From Candidatus Sericytochromatia bacterium (lineage in GTDB: Bacteria; Cyanobacteriota; Sericytochromatia; S15B-MN24; UBA4093): 39,628 nucleotides of DNA. How positions within the stretch are numbered: position 1 is the stretch's first letter; every line of letters starts with the position of its first letter. Position numbers and translations under genes: made by a program. The notes beneath the pieces are model-generated. The model was not told the origin of the DNA. It ran no database searches and saw nothing but the letters and a program-made list of their open reading frames with translations. The DNA is taken from NCBI GenBank assembly GCA_036676985.1, contig JAKFBU010000055.1, forward strand, positions 1 through 39,628, written 5' to 3'. Of the stretch, positions 8,850-17,639 are shown piece by piece.

Positions 8850-11800
8850 TTGAACTGCCCATCCTGCCAAGCCCCCGTCTCCCCCGGCACGCGCTTCTGC
8901 GGCAACTGCGGCTCCAAGCTCGCCGCGAGCTGTCCCGGCTGCCGCCACGACAACCCGGCGGGCTCGCTCTACTGCGAGGCCTGCGGCGTGCCCATGGCCC
9001 AGGCGCAGGGCCCGGGCGATCGCCGGGTGGTCACCGTCCTGTTCACGGACGTCTCGGGCTTCACGGCCATGAGCGAGAAGCTCGACCCCGAGGCCGTCAC
9101 GGCCATCGTCAACCGCTTCTTCACCGTGCTCACCCGCCCCATCTACAAGTACGGGGGCGTGGTCGACAAGTACATCGGCGACGCCATCATGGCCCTGTTC
9201 GGAGCGCCCGTGGCCCACGAGGACGATCCCGAGCGCGCCCTCGCCGCGGCCTGGGAGATGCAGGAGGCCGCCCGGGAGTTCGCCAGCAACCTCGAGCAGA
9301 AGACGGGCATCCGCCTCAAGGTGCGGGTGGGCCTCAACACGGGCCTGGTGGTCGCAGGAGCCGTCGGCGGCGCCCAGAAGCGCGACTACACGGTGCTCGG
9401 AGACGCCGTCAACCTCGCCTCCAAGATGGAGGCCGCCGCCCGGCCGGGCGGCATCCTCGTCTCCGACGAGACCTACCGGCTCACCCGGCACTGCTGGGAC
9501 TTCGTCGAGCTCGACCCGGTCGTGGTGCCCGGCCGCTCGCGCGCCATCCGGGTCTTCGAGCCGCGGCAGCCCCGGGGCCCCGAGCAGCTCACCTTCCAGG
9601 AGCGCCCCGCCTTTGTCGGCCGCGAGGTCGAGCTCCTCAAGCTGGATCTGGCCCTGGACGCGGCGCTGGCGGGCACGCCGCAGCTCGCCGTGCTCGTCGG
9701 CGAAGCCGGCATCGGCAAGAGCCGCCTCGCCCGCGAGTTCGTCCACCGCCATGCCCTCGCCAAGGGAGTGCGCGTCCTGAGGGCCCGCTGCCTCTCCTAC
9801 CAGAAGGAGGTCAGCCACGCGCTCGTCTCCAGCCTGGTCTCCGACATGGTGGGGCCCACCGAGACGGCCCTCGACCACGCCCGCCTGACCACCTGGTGCG
9901 AGGCGCAGGGTAGCGCCATGCCCGCGCGCGACGCGGAGCTGCTCGGCTACTTCCTGGGGCTGCCCGTGCGCTCGGCCGAATTGAAGCTGCTCGCCCCCGA
10001 GACGCTGCAGAGCCTCGCGACCCTGACGCTCGCGGGCTTCCTGCTGCAGCCGGACGCTGAGCCGCTGCTCCTCTCCCTCAACGACCTGCAGTGGGCGGAC
10101 GACGCCTCGCGCGCCTGGCTCGCCTCCTTGATCCGGTCCATGGGGCTGCCGGGCGATCGCCCGCCGGTCATGATCCTCGCCCAGTACCGCCCGGAGGGCG
10201 AGGGCGTGCTGCCCGACGAGTCCGCGCTCGCCACCACGCGCCTGCGCATCCGTCCGCTCTCCAGCGAGGACGGGCAGGCGCTCATCCGCTCGTTCCTGGA
10301 GCTCAAGGGCCCCGTCTCCGAGGAGGGCTTCCGCCGCCTGTTGACCGAGGCCCTCCAGAAGGCCGAGGGCAACCCGTTTTACCTCTGCGAGCTCATCCGC
10401 TCCCTGACGGACTCGGGCTTCCTCCTCAAGGAAGGCTCGACCTGGCGTCTGGACCCCACGCGGACTGACCTCGCGCTGCCGGGCAGCATCCAGGGGGTGG
10501 TCGCCGCCCGCATCGACCGTCTCGGCCCGCAGGCCCGCCAGGCCATCCAGGTGGCCTCGGTGCTCGGCCGCGAGTTCTCGCGGAGCCTGCTCTCGGAGGT
10601 CTGCCAGGCCGAGGTGGGCACCGCCCTCGCGGAGCTGGTCGAGGCCGAGCTGGTGCATCACCGGCCGCGGCACCCGGGGCAATACACCTTCCACCAGGCC
10701 CTCATCCAGGAAGTCGCCTACCAGGGGCTCCTGGTCAAGCTGCGCCGCGAGCTGCACCGCCGCGCAGGCCTGCTGCTCGAGGAGAAGGCGGCCTATCAGC
10801 CGTTCGAGCAGGCCCAGGTCCTCGCCTACCACTTCCGGGAGGCCTCGGACCCCGCCCGCGCGCTCAAATACCTGCACCTGGCGGCGCTGCATGCCCAGCG
10901 CTCCTTCGACAACGCCCAGGCCAAGGCGAACCTGCTCGAAGCCCTCGCCCTGCGCGAGACCCTCAAGGAGCCCGCAGAACCCGGCCTCTCGCAGCTCATG
11001 CTGGTGCTCGGCGAGGTGGAGACCACCGTCGGCGAGTACGCCGAGGCCCTCGTCCACTTGAAGAAGGCCCTGGACAGCACCCTGGATCCCCTCGAAAGGG
11101 CCGCCGTCCGGCGCCGGATCGGCGCGGTGCACGAGCGCCTCGGGGCCTACGAGGAGGCCATCTCGGCCTACCGCACGAGCCTCTCCGAGCTGCCCCAGGG
11201 CTCCGAGAGCCTGCGCGCGGGACTCTTGGGCGCGATCGCCTACGCCGAGTACGGCCTCGGCCAGTTCGACAGCGCCATCGAGCGCTGCCGCGAGGCCATG
11301 CCCTGGCTCAAGGCGCCCGATGCCCGCAAGGACCTGGCCTTCTGCCACTCCGTGACGGGCCTGGCCCTGAGCCGGCTCGGCAAGTTCCAGGAGGCCCAGG
11401 GTCACCACCAGGCGGCCCTCGAGCTGCGCGAGGCCATCGAGGACACGCTCGGCGTCGGGTCGTCGTGCAACAACCTGAGCCACGTGCACTACGAGCTGGG
11501 CGACTTCGACGCCTCCAAGGCCTACCTGCAGCGGGCCATCGAGGCCTTCGCGCGGGTGGGCGACCAGAGCTGGATCGCCATGGGCCACAACAACCTGGGC
11601 GCCATCCTGCTCGAGAAGGACATGCTCGCCGAGGCCGAGACCCACTTCGAGGCCTCCGCGGCCATCAGCCGCCGGATCGGCTTCGCCTCGCGCATGGCGC
11701 TCGCCCTCTGCAACCGGGGCGAGGTCTGCACCAAGCTCGGCCGCCACTCCGAGGCCGTCACCTACCTCTCGGAGGGCATCCGGGCGCTCGAAGGCCTCCG

Positions 11801-12227
11801 CAACCTCGAGATCCTGCCCCAGGCCTACCAGCTCCTCGCCCAGGCGCACCTGGCCCAGGATCGGCCCCAGGAGGCGTGGCAGAGCGTGGTCAAGGGCCTC
11901 AAGCTCGTGAAGGTGACCAAGAGCGAGGTCCAGCGCGGGGCCCTCTACGCGCTCGCGGGCAGCGTCTACTCCCGGATGGGGCAGCCCAAGCAGGCGCTCG
12001 CCTGGATCAGCAAGGGGATCGCCGTGCTCAAGGACGCCGGCAACCAGCTGGAGCTGGGTCGCGCCTGGGTCCAGCTGGCGCATGCGCTCTACCGCGATCG
12101 CCAGCACACGCATGCCGCCGCTGCGGCGCTCAGGGCGCGCGCCCTGTTCAAAGCGCTCGATGCCCGATATGATCGACGTATCCTCGATTCTTGGCTCCAG
12201 TCTCTGTCCCTGACGACCACTCGATAG
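8850..12227 (+). CDS. Double zinc ribbon - class III adenylate cyclase - STAND/AAA ATPase - TPR protein
   Basis: Four CxxC pairs; VTVLFTDVSGFT, DKYIGDAIMALFG and YTVLGDAVNLAS cyclase motifs; Walker A GEAGIGKS, DLQWAD and GNPFYL; C-terminal TPR-like repeats (NNLS/NNLG). Confidence 0.93.
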   Translation: MNCPSCQAPVSPGTRFCGNCGSKLAASCPGCRHDNPAGSLYCEACGVPMAQAQGPGDRRVVTVLFTDVSGFTAMSEKLDPEAVTAIVNRFFTVLTRPIYKYGGVVDKYIGDAIMALFGAPVAHEDDPERALAAAWEMQEAAREFASNLEQKTGIRLKVRVGLNTGLVVAGAVGGAQKRDYTVLGDAVNLASKMEAAARPGGILVSDETYRLTRHCWDFVELDPVVVPGRSRAIRVFEPRQPRGPEQLTFQERPAFVGREVELLKLDLALDAALAGTPQLAVLVGEAGIGKSRLAREFVHRHALAKGVRVLRARCLSYQKEVSHALVSSLVSDMVGPTETALDHARLTTWCEAQGSAMPARDAELLGYFLGLPVRSAELKLLAPETLQSLATLTLAGFLLQPDAEPLLLSLNDLQWADDASRAWLASLIRSMGLPGDRPPVMILAQYRPEGEGVLPDESALATTRLRIRPLSSEDGQALIRSFLELKGPVSEEGFRRLLTEALQKAEGNPFYLCELIRSLTDSGFLLKEGSTWRLDPTRTDLALPGSIQGVVAARIDRLGPQARQAIQVASVLGREFSRSLLSEVCQAEVGTALAELVEAELVHHRPRHPGQYTFHQALIQEVAYQGLLVKLRRELHRRAGLLLEEKAAYQPFEQAQVLAYHFREASDPARALKYLHLAALHAQRSFDNAQAKANLLEALALRETLKEPAEPGLSQLMLVLGEVETTVGEYAEALVHLKKALDSTLDPLERAAVRRRIGAVHERLGAYEEAISAYRTSLSELPQGSESLRAGLLGAIAYAEYGLGQFDSAIERCREAMPWLKAPDARKDLAFCHSVTGLALSRLGKFQEAQGHHQAALELREAIEDTLGVGSSCNNLSHVHYELGDFDASKAYLQRAIEAFARVGDQSWIAMGHNNLGAILLEKDMLAEAETHFEASAAISRRIGFASRMALALCNRGEVCTKLGRHSEAVTYLSEGIRALEGLRNLEILPQAYQLLAQAHLAQDRPQEAWQSVVKGLKLVKVTKSEVQRGALYALAGSVYSRMGQPKQALAWISKGIAVLKDAGNQLELGRAWVQLAHALYRDRQHTHAAAAALRARALFKALDARYDRRILDSWLQSLSLTTTR

Positions 12228-12235
12228 GAGGTCCC

Positions 12236-12892
12236 ATGCGTTCCCAGCTCCTCGCCCTCACGGCCGTGGCCACCATGCTCGCCGGCTGCGACTCCCTCAT
12301 CGGCAGCCTGGGGGGGGGTGCCACCGTCACCGGAACGCTCAAGGCCCCCGAGACCCAGACGGCCGCGATCTTCGCGAACGGCGCCTACCGCACCTCCGGC
12401 ACGCTGGCCGGCGAGACGGCCGTGTCGGGCGCCGAGGTCAAGGCCTACACCAGCGCGGGATCGCCCGTCGTCGGGGCGGCCACGGTCAAGACGAGCACCA
12501 ACGGCAGCTTCGAGATCAAGGGTCTGCCCAGCGGCCGGACGGTCCTGTTGGTCGCGACCGCCAAGGCCAAGAACGGCGGCACCATGACGCTGTCGGCCCT
12601 CATCAAGCCCGGCGGCGTGAGCGCCATCCGCGACCTCAACACCGCCTCGACGGTGGTCGCCGAGAAGCTCAAGGCCTCGCTCACCGCCGAGAAGCTCGAC
12701 GCTCTGGTGCAGGCCGACGTGGACAGCCTGGAGGACACCGTCTCCGCCAACATGGACACCGCCGACATCCCCGACCTCACGGTCTCGGGCCAGGCGCTCG
12801 CGTCGTTCGACAAGGTGAAGAACAAGAGCACCCAGGTCTCGGCGGGCTTCCAGGCCATCACGGGCGGGACGGCCACGGCCGCCCTCCGCTAG
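12236..12892 (+). CDS. Lipoprotein with a carboxypeptidase-regulatory/transthyretin-like beta domain
   Basis: AGGAGG SD, LAGC lipobox, and VSGAEVKAY...TSTNGSFEIKGLP pattern; starts 8 bp after the cyclase stop. Confidence 0.8.
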   Translation: MRSQLLALTAVATMLAGCDSLIGSLGGGATVTGTLKAPETQTAAIFANGAYRTSGTLAGETAVSGAEVKAYTSAGSPVVGAATVKTSTNGSFEIKGLPSGRTVLLVATAKAKNGGTMTLSALIKPGGVSAIRDLNTASTVVAEKLKASLTAEKLDALVQADVDSLEDTVSANMDTADIPDLTVSGQALASFDKVKNKSTQVSAGFQAITGGTATAALR

Positions 12893-12907
12893 GCGCCCCT
12901 CACGCGC

Positions 12908-12938
12908 CGCAGCCCTTCCCCGGCGGGGAAGGGCTGCG
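12908..12938. terminator. Hairpin between convergent genes
   Basis: CGCAGCCCTTCCCC-GGC-GGGGAAGGGCTGCG perfect stem. Confidence 0.65.
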
Positions 12939-12955
12939 CGGTTTGGAGCCCCAGG

Positions 12956-13180
12956 CTAGCGGCGGACGCCCTGCTCGCGCAAGAACGCGTAGATCCGCGC
13001 CCGGCCCTCGACGGGCAGGCGCGCCGGTGCCCGGCGCTTGGCCAACCAGTACAGGGCGACGAGGCCCAGGCCCAGGTTGGTGCCGATGACCATGGGAGAG
13101 GCGATGCGCGACTTCTTGACGAATCGTCCGAGCACAAAGGCGAGGATCAGGTCGCGGGTGTTGACGCCGAGCACCTTCAT
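12956..13180 (-). CDS. Small basic membrane protein (74 aa)
   Basis: ATG at 13180 after AAGGAGG; two hydrophobic segments. Confidence 0.6.
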   Translation of the reverse strand: MKVLGVNTRDLILAFVLGRFVKKSRIASPMVIGTNLGLGLVALYWLAKRRAPARLPVEGRARIYAFLREQGVRR

Positions 13181-13281
13181 GGGCGGGCCTCCTTCCACTA
13201 AGAACCCCAATCCTAAGGGGCGCCTCCCTTCATGCCTCGTTCTCCGGTGACGAAGTTGCTTGTGCGAGGCATAATAACCCT

Positions 13282-14730
13282 ATGCGGGCCCGATCTGTTC
13301 TGCCGCTAGTCATCCTTGCTGTGGCCCTCGGCCATGGCTGCTCGTGGCTGCCGACGTCCGCCACGGGGGCCCCCAAGACCAGCACGGCCGCCGGTGGCGC
13401 CATCCGCCAATTCTTCCTGCCCCCGGGCAACCCGTCCATGCTCGACCTGGGCACGGCCCAGCACCTCCTGTTCGCGGTCTCGGCCTCCGCATCCAGTGCT
13501 CCGAGCTTCCAGTTCCGCATCCAGTCCCACCCCCATGCCCCGAGCGAGTCCCGCTTCCGGGCCTCGGACGCCCAGCTGTTGCGCGAGCCGGGGGCCCTCG
13601 ATCGTCCGCCCGCCACCCGCCGGGTGCAGGGCGGGGAGAGCTCGCTCAGCTTCTGGGTCAACACGGGCGACTCGACGCTGAACGGCGATCGCCTGCGCGC
13701 GACGACCCTGCGCCTGACCACGCCCCATGCCTACTTCTACGTGGACACCGAGGGCGGCTCCGACATCAGCGCCGACCAGCTCCAGCGCCTGGCGGACGCC
13801 TTCGAGCAGCGCATCTACCCGACGGTCACAAGCTCCATCGGCGCCGAGCCGCGCACGGACCTGACGGGCGAGTCCCGGGTCTACGTCGTGCTCTCGCCCG
13901 CGGTGGACAACTTCGGCCAGGACAAGGGCCTGATGGGCTACTTCTGGAGCCGCGACATGCTCGCGGCCACCACGGTGGCGTCGAGCCCCCGCTACCACTC
14001 CAACCAGAAGAAGGTCATCTTCCTCACGAGCCGCATCTTCCAGCAGCAGTCCTACACGACCTTCGGGACGCTCGCCCATGAATTCGCGCACCTGTGCGTC
14101 TTCAACCAGAAGGTGCTCTCGCGGAACCGCAACATCCCCGAGGACGCCTGGCTGGACGAGGGCTGGGCGATGCTCGCCATGGACCTCTGCGGCTACGGCC
14201 TGAGGGCGGGTAACGAGGAGATCGCCAAGGACATCCGGAGCTTCCAGGAGGATCCGGCGGCCTACTCGCTGACGGACTGGTTCAACAACCCGCATGGCTT
14301 CTCGTACGGGCTGAGCTACCTGTTCACGCGCTACCTGTACGATCGCTTCGGGCCGGGGATCATCGCGGACATCCAGGCCTACCCGGACGTGGGCATGGAC
14401 GCCGTGAACGGCGCCCTGATGAAGCGCGGGACCAACTTCCAGGACGTGTTCGCGGACTGGGCGATCACCAACGCCGCGAGCGGGGTGACGACGCTCAACG
14501 ACAAGCGTTTCAGCTACGGCGCGGACATCAACCTGCGCGGGACCTACGGGGCCGTCACCCTGAGCGGCATCCGTCCCACGCCGCTGGCCAGCTTCCCCAA
14601 GAGCCTGCCGGCGACGCTCCGGCCGTGGGGGACGGTCTACTACGATCTGCAGTCCGACGCGCCCCGGTCCTGGAACTTCGAGTTCAAGCACACGTTCGGG
14701 CTGTTCGGCAGCGCGATGATCGTGCCGTAA
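13282..14730 (+). CDS. Zinc metallopeptidase, M30 (hyicolysin)-like, probable lipoprotein
   Basis: GLMGYF, TLAHEFAH (HEXXH), WLDEGWA and SYLFTRYLYDRFG motifs; signal peptide with Cys. Confidence 0.85.
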   Translation: MRARSVLPLVILAVALGHGCSWLPTSATGAPKTSTAAGGAIRQFFLPPGNPSMLDLGTAQHLLFAVSASASSAPSFQFRIQSHPHAPSESRFRASDAQLLREPGALDRPPATRRVQGGESSLSFWVNTGDSTLNGDRLRATTLRLTTPHAYFYVDTEGGSDISADQLQRLADAFEQRIYPTVTSSIGAEPRTDLTGESRVYVVLSPAVDNFGQDKGLMGYFWSRDMLAATTVASSPRYHSNQKKVIFLTSRIFQQQSYTTFGTLAHEFAHLCVFNQKVLSRNRNIPEDAWLDEGWAMLAMDLCGYGLRAGNEEIAKDIRSFQEDPAAYSLTDWFNNPHGFSYGLSYLFTRYLYDRFGPGIIADIQAYPDVGMDAVNGALMKRGTNFQDVFADWAITNAASGVTTLNDKRFSYGADINLRGTYGAVTLSGIRPTPLASFPKSLPATLRPWGTVYYDLQSDAPRSWNFEFKHTFGLFGSAMIVP

Positions 14731-14765
14731 CGCCATCCGTACTCACGGAGGGATCATGCACGTGC

Positions 14766-15023
14766 GGAACCGTTCGCCTTTCGAGAGCCTCAAGGTGAAC
14801 GGGTTTGTTGTGGGTGACTCGAGTGGCGTCTCTAAGGCCTGAGTAGGCACCCCTTGAGGTCAACGACCATCCGTTCACACTGAGGCACTCGAAGTGCGAA
14901 CGGTTCCACCCGTGCATGCAGACGAAGAGAGCACGCCCCTCAGCGTGCCCCCTCAACAAATCCCGTTCGTCTTGAGCCTGGTCGAAAGCCTGTCCTGAGC
15001 CTGTCGAAGGGGCGAACGGTTCC
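14766..15023. repeat. Cluster of three REP-like palindromic units (CCGTTC..TGAGCC..TCGAA..GCGAACGGTTCC family)
   Basis: Unit 1 (14766-14810) is inverted relative to unit 2 (14871-14907) and unit 3 (14954-15023); unit 3 has an internal duplication of TGAGCCTG(G)TCGAA. Confidence 0.8.
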
Positions 15024-15028
15024 TTTAA

Positions 15029-15063
15029 GAAAAGCGCCCCGCGGGTTTTCCCGCGGGGCGCTT
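15029..15063. terminator. Bidirectional intrinsic terminator
   Basis: AAAAGCGCCCCGCGGG-TTTT-CCCGCGGGGCGCTT. Confidence 0.8.
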
Positions 15064-15071
15064 GAAGTCGA

Positions 15072-15878
15072 TTACCGCACCGGCTGCGTCTGGCTGAGGA
15101 ACGTCTCCGCGTTCACCTGCGCCGCGCTCAGCCGCTGCTCGGCGATCACCTGCTCGATCCGCTTCACCCGCTCCGAGATGATGGGGTGGTCGCTCAGCGG
15201 CTCGAACGCCTTGGGGGTATCGCCCAGGGTCGTCGCCAGCGTGTTGAGGAAGCTGGGCAGCCCCGACGGGTTGTAGCTCGCCGCGTTCGAGAAGATCGCC
15301 CCGTAGCGATCCGCATCGTCCTCCGCCGTGCGGCTGTACCCCTTGAGCACCAGGTCCAGGGCGATCTTGCCCGCCTGCTGCGCCAGGGCGGGCGTGCTGC
15401 CCAACGCGGCGATCGCGATCCCCTGCGCCAGCATCGCCCGCCGGAGCTGGTCGATGCCGTGGCGGTGCGCCACGTGCGTCACCTCGTGGGCCAGCACGCC
15501 GGCGAGCTCCGCCTCGTTCTGCATGGCCTTCAGGGCCGCCGTCGTCACGAAGATCTGCCCGCCCGGCAACGCGAACGCGTTCAGCTCGCTCGAGGCGATC
15601 ACATGGAACCGATAGGGAAGCCCGGGCCGATCCGAGCGCTGGGCGACCGTCGACCCCACCGACTGCACGTAGCTCGTGACCTGCGTGTTGGTATAGGCCG
15701 GAGTCTTGGGATCCGCCAGCACCTCCTGTGCGGCCGACTGCCCGATGGCGATCTCCTGCTCATCCGTGATCGGCGTCAGGGCCTGCCCTGCCACCAAACC
15801 GCCCAGCAGGATCTGGGCGCATCCGGGAGTCACCGCCACCATGCCGGCCAGGGCCAGCGACGTCCACCAGCGACGCAT
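15072..15878 (-). CDS. M48 family metallopeptidase (BepA/YfgC-like), lipoprotein
   Basis: NAFALPGG, ELAGVLAHEVTHV (HEXXH), YSRTAEDDAD and SDHP motifs; signal peptide with PGC. Confidence 0.92.
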   Translation of the reverse strand: MRRWWTSLALAGMVAVTPGCAQILLGGLVAGQALTPITDEQEIAIGQSAAQEVLADPKTPAYTNTQVTSYVQSVGSTVAQRSDRPGLPYRFHVIASSELNAFALPGGQIFVTTAALKAMQNEAELAGVLAHEVTHVAHRHGIDQLRRAMLAQGIAIAALGSTPALAQQAGKIALDLVLKGYSRTAEDDADRYGAIFSNAASYNPSGLPSFLNTLATTLGDTPKAFEPLSDHPIISERVKRIEQVIAEQRLSAAQVNAETFLSQTQPVR

Positions 15879-16144
15879 ACGTTCTCCTCTCTCAGCGTGG
15901 GTCTCCCTCATGACGAGGGAACCAACCCCTGAGTTCCACTGTCTACCATTTTAGCGGATCGCCGAAGGGTCCTGCGGACGGACCACTGCTCCATGACCTC
16001 TTGACGCCGAGTCATAATTAGACAGATTCTATCGTTTTTATGTTAAATTTTTGATATAAAGCCGGGAATGAAGCTTTCAGCGTGTTATAGTCAACTCGTC
16101 AAGCCCCTCAGCAAACCGCGAGGGCGCTATGCCTAAGAAAGCAG

Positions 16145-16993
16145 GTGATGACCATTACTTACCGTAGCCGTACGTTCAATCGCATGGCGACCCGCACGGA
16201 AGGGGCTACCAGCTCCCGTCCCCGCAGCGCGTCGATCGATATCCTCAAGCGTAGCCTCGAGGTGGCGGGGGTCAACCGCAAGACCTTCGTCAAGGAAACG
16301 GGCCTGAGCTACGAGTACGTGTCCCGGATCTTCAACAACAAGGTGAAGTTCCCGACCGTGCGCGAAACCCTCGAGCGGTTCGCCGAGGTCGCTCAGATTG
16401 ACCCGATGGTCTTCCCGGAGTACCAGCAGCTCGTCAGCGTGCTTCCGGAGTCCACCCGCAAGCTCTGGAACCGCTTGCAGGAGCTGGGTCTCAGCCGTCA
16501 GGAGTTCGCCAACCAGGTGGACATCAGCCGGACCTACATGTACGAGATCCTGCGGGGCGACGTGCCGTTCCCCCGCAACCCCGAGGTGATCGAGAAGATC
16601 GCCGCGGTGCTCGAGGTTCCGCCCGAGACCTTCGCCGAGTATCTGGCCCCTGTCCAGGACTGGGCGGAGCGCAACCCGCTCGCCATCGAGCACGTGTTCA
16701 TGAACCTCCTGGTCAGCAAGATGCTCATCGCGCGTGGCTACCTCACGGTCGGCAGCTCGGCGGAGAAGATCTCCGACGAGATGCTCTCCATCTTCCCGCC
16801 CGAGGAGCGCTACGAGCCCCTCGTTCGCAAGATGATGGCCGAGATGGGCAAGCGCGGCCTCGACGTGCGTCGGCTCTCCCTGGAGTCCGAGGTGCCCGAG
16901 CGCGACGTGCGTCTCCTCCTCATGGGCCAGATCCAGACCGAGGATCTCCCGGAGACCACCGCCAAGATCAAGACCACCCTCCAGATTGCTTAA
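16145..16993 (+). CDS. Transcriptional regulator with three tandem XRE/Cro HTH domains
   Basis: Repeats GVNRKTFVKETGLSYEYVSRIFNN, GLSRQEFANQVDISRTYMYEILRG and GLDVRRLSLESEVPERDVRLLLMG. Confidence 0.82.
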   Translation: MMTITYRSRTFNRMATRTEGATSSRPRSASIDILKRSLEVAGVNRKTFVKETGLSYEYVSRIFNNKVKFPTVRETLERFAEVAQIDPMVFPEYQQLVSVLPESTRKLWNRLQELGLSRQEFANQVDISRTYMYEILRGDVPFPRNPEVIEKIAAVLEVPPETFAEYLAPVQDWAERNPLAIEHVFMNLLVSKMLIARGYLTVGSSAEKISDEMLSIFPPEERYEPLVRKMMAEMGKRGLDVRRLSLESEVPERDVRLLLMGQIQTEDLPETTAKIKTTLQIA

Positions 16994-17065
16994 CCTTTCG
17001 CGAGGGACCTGATAAGATCACCGGAAGCAAGTTGACTTGCTTCCGGTGTTTTCGTTGGAGACTCT

Positions 17066-17467
17066 ATGCCGCCTGAAATCCTGCTGGTCGAGGACAATCC
17101 GGATACCGTCGAGTTCCTGATCCGACGTCTCAACGACGCCGGCTACGAGGTGCGCATCGCGCGTAACGGCCTCGAGGCCCTCAAGGCCGTCACGGCCGAG
17201 CCGCCCGACGCCATCGTGCTCGACATCAACCTGCCCCTCCTGAACGGCGACGACCTGTGCCGGCAGATCCGCCAGGATCCGCGCACGGCCGACATCCCCG
17301 TCATCTTCGTGACGGCGGAGTCCGAGGAGCGGGTCCGCGATCTCCTGCGCCCCGACCACACGCTCTGCCTCGAGAAGGCCATCAAGACCAAGACCCTCCT
17401 GGAGGCCCTGCGCCAGGTGTTGCCGCAAGCGAGCCAGGACGCCCAGCTTGACAGGAAAACGACCTGA
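17066..17467 (+). CDS. Single-domain response regulator (receiver only)
   Basis: ILLVEDN, phosphoacceptor in IVLDINLP, PVIFVTA and the conserved Lys in LEKAI. Confidence 0.92.
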   Translation: MPPEILLVEDNPDTVEFLIRRLNDAGYEVRIARNGLEALKAVTAEPPDAIVLDINLPLLNGDDLCRQIRQDPRTADIPVIFVTAESEERVRDLLRPDHTLCLEKAIKTKTLLEALRQVLPQASQDAQLDRKTT

Positions 17468-17519
17468 TAGCGCCATTAAAGGCACTAAACAGGTCATTCG
17501 CAAAGGTTATCATTTTCTG

Positions 17520-17602
17520 CCGTAGTTACTACGGAAGTTCCTGATTGCTTGCCCCTCTATCGTGAAACCACCGCCCCGACACGGTTTGGCGGTGGTTTCA
17601 CG
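17520..17602. promoter_or_regulatory. Palindrome CCGTAGT-T-ACTACGG plus a 15-bp inverted repeat upstream of the lipoprotein operon
   Basis: 7-1-7 palindrome at 17520-17534; CGTGAAACCACCGCC-N12-GGCGGTGGTTTCACG at 17561-17602. Confidence 0.55.
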
Positions 17603-17639
17603 GTTCCGATCGAGGCTACGTCCTCTCGGTGGGGGATCC

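Noticed and set aside
8613-12113. 1166-aa minus-strand ORF and other long antisense or alternate-frame ORFs (e.g. 17664-20879, 6134-8644, 35619-37781, 33050-34843)
   Set aside because: Shadow ORFs of real high-GC genes: low-complexity Arg/Gly/Pro-rich or antisense-codon translations with no motifs.
4144-12938. Similar cores (CCCTTCCC-GGC-GGGAAGGG) in the hairpins at 4144 and 12908 as a repeat family
   Set aside because: Short, low-complexity stems at gene ends, adequately explained as terminators; two copies are not enough evidence.
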